Assembly (NCBI RefSeq): GCF_006345805.1
Contig: NC_042998.1
Coordinates: 37,262,001 to 37,326,000 of the forward strand
Direction of reading: 5' to 3'
DNA from: Octopus sinensis
Lineage: Eukaryota
Length of the DNA stretch: 64,000 nt
Part shown: piece after piece, positions 62,320 through 64,000 of the stretch
How the letters are laid out: the number at the start of each line of letters is the position of its first letter
Position numbering within the stretch: the stretch's first letter is position 1
Made by a program: the position numbers and the translations under genes
Notes under the pieces: model-generated
What the model saw: only the letters and a program-made list of their open reading frames with translations
Told to the model about the DNA's origin: nothing
The model's database searches: none

Positions 62320-63616
62320 ACTCTGACTTTTTCTTATATTGGTGATCCTGGGGTTGACCTCACCACACGTGAGGCAGTTCTTTCCTCTTGCTCCTTCAAA
62401 AACACCTTCAAATACCGCGGAAGGTCCGGGATGTTCGTGATGGTCCTCGGACGCCTATCCTTCGTTTCATTATGCAATTTTTCTGGTATCCAGGCACATT
62501 TTTTTTTGTGTCTTCGGGCTGCTGCAACAGCTCCACGGTGTGGTGCTTTTTTTAAATGGCCATAATATATTTATCCCTGGTATCAAATTTTACCAGGGTT
62601 TTTCTTCCGTCTTTTTTATTTCCTCTTCTGAGACAGTGGGGCGGGATCTTTTTTCTCGGTAGTGTGCTGTTTTTATTTTTTCTTTGTGGGGGATATGGAT
62701 GCGGAAGGTGCATGTGTACTCTTTTTTATGGGTGTCTTGAACTCCCCCTCGGTCCCCTCCATGGTGTCTTCCAGAGGAATTGTTACTTCAGAGGGGGTGG
62801 GTGCATTTGTTTCTGTCGGGACCGATGTGTGCATGGCCTGGGGTTTTTAGGTGTTTTGTTTGGGAGCGGGTGCCACAGATGGTGGGGTGGGAGTATTTGT
62901 TTCCGTGGGGGCTAATTTATGTGCGGGTTTGGGGTCTTTTTCTGTTGTTCAAGGGCCTGATGTCTGGCAATATCTTCCCCCAAGAGCACTCTTTCTAGCA
63001 ACATTTCGATGTCTTGTTGCGTTCCTTGAATAATCGCAGAGATGCTCTGCCCTTGCCAATTTTGTGGGGCAGTGCATGTAATTTGGAGGAAGGTGATTTT
63101 GTCCGTCGTGTTATACAACAGGGTAGCCATAACTTCCCTTGCCTCAATTTCTGGTGGTACTTCGTTTATTCGGACGCGTGCTGTTCTCCTTCCCACGTAT
63201 GTTGTAAGCAGCACCAGCTCCTTCGTTTCAGAGGACTCACTTAGTGCTCTTGGGCTTTTTCGGCCGTCTCAAATCTGGCCTCTATTGTTCCATATGCCCG
63301 GCCCCTCGCTTTGTATTTTATATCTTTCCATATGGGGCCAGGCATTTTCTATTTCACCCTTTTTGAAGTGCTTGAATTTCTTCGATGAAGGACGGTACGT
63401 TTTGTAAACGACTGTCCTTCTCTTCAGATTTTCAACACTAGGGGAAGGTGAGATCTTTATATCCTCACCCTCTTCTTTCATTCTCTTAAAAAGCTCGGAG
63501 AGCTTCTCCGTTTCTATTATAATATTTTCAGAAGATACAGCGGCTACTGCCGCGAAGTTTTTTGCTGGCTCATGCAGCTGGTTCGTTTCTTGTATTATTT
63601 CGACTGATATATTCAT
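62320..63616 (-). pseudogene. Tx1 ORF1 (nucleic-acid-binding protein), disrupted
   Basis: Seen: ATG at 63616 (MNISVEIIQE...), the RRM-like segment RTARVRINEVPPEI, and a Lys/Thr/Pro-rich C-terminal part, all directly upstream of ORF2. The end coordinate is approximate. Confidence 0.65.
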
Positions 63617-63639
63617 TCGAAATAAACGATACACAATTT

Positions 63640-64000
63640 AATCCCAGAAAAAAATGAAACCTAATTTTTTTACTTTTTTTTGTCTTAACGAGGACAACAG
63701 TTCAAATCCCACCCCTGCTGGTGGGCGAGACGTAGCAACAAAGCCTACAACGTTCGAAATTAAATTTTTTTTTCACACAATAATAAAATATAGAATCCCC
63801 CAAAACGGGAAACGTATAATATTTTTCTTTTTTCCTCACAACAAGGACAACAGTTCAAATCTCGCCCATGCTGGTGGCGGATGCCACAATTGAGCCTACA
63901 ACGGCTAAAATTTATTTTTTCTCGCAATAATAAATTGCTTATCCCCCAAAAAGGTAAAACATAATATTTTTTCCTCTTAATGAGGATAACAGTTCAAATC
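63640..64000. repeat. Diverged ~140-150-bp tandem monomers upstream of Tx1 ORF1
   Basis: Seen: AGGA(C/T)AACAGTTCAAATC at 63691, 63844 and 63983 (periods 153 and 139 bp). GCTGGTGG, GCCTACAACG, CAATAATAAA and ATCCCCCAAAA are conserved between units. Confidence 0.9.

Larger units (their letters stand above)
58721..64000 (-). mobile_element. Near full-length Tx1-clade LINE (ORF1 + ORF2), decayed; 5' end runs off the window
   Basis: Seen: ORF1 and ORF2 (APE-RT-zinc knuckle) as listed below. The 3' UTR has a perfect 10-bp hairpin CATTACAAAT-GAA-ATTTGTAATG (58879-58901). The 3' boundary at 58721 is inferred. Confidence 0.9.

Noticed and set aside
59135-63893. Plus-strand ORFs over the Tx1 element (for example 60774-61247, 62556-62915)
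   Set aside because: Antisense shadows of GC-richer LINE coding sequence, with no independent motifs.

Overview
AT-rich animal genomic DNA dominated by repeats. The SINE families, microsatellite load and LINE types point to a cephalopod, most likely Octopus (inference; no database search was run). One convincing host coding sequence is present: an intact, intronless, strongly diverged PA28/REG proteasome-activator (PSME3-like) ORF at 56277-56873 (-), whose activation loop and C-terminal tail are altered. The rest is mobile DNA: about 30 tRNA-derived SINE copies in at least four families; a head-to-tail pair of decayed R4/Dong non-LTR elements (3.7-7.8 kb); two Tx1-clade LINEs (a 5'-truncated copy inside a (TATC)n tract, and a near full-length copy with 5' tandem monomers that appears to sit in a SINE head); a CR1-like 3' fragment; a Penelope RT/GIY-YIG fragment; Tc1 and mariner remnants; and a mariner MITE. 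The most striking unannotated signal is a set of at least eight hammerhead-ribozyme motifs of the Penelope type. One is fully intact, has an unusually long stem II, and lies inside a 91-bp foldback embedded in (TA)n (42.7-43.3 kb). There is also a back-to-back tRNA-headed palindrome at 45.5-45.85 kb. Short candidate exons of an unidentified host gene are reported only at low confidence. Most ORFs in the supplied track are artefacts of microsatellites or SINEs.
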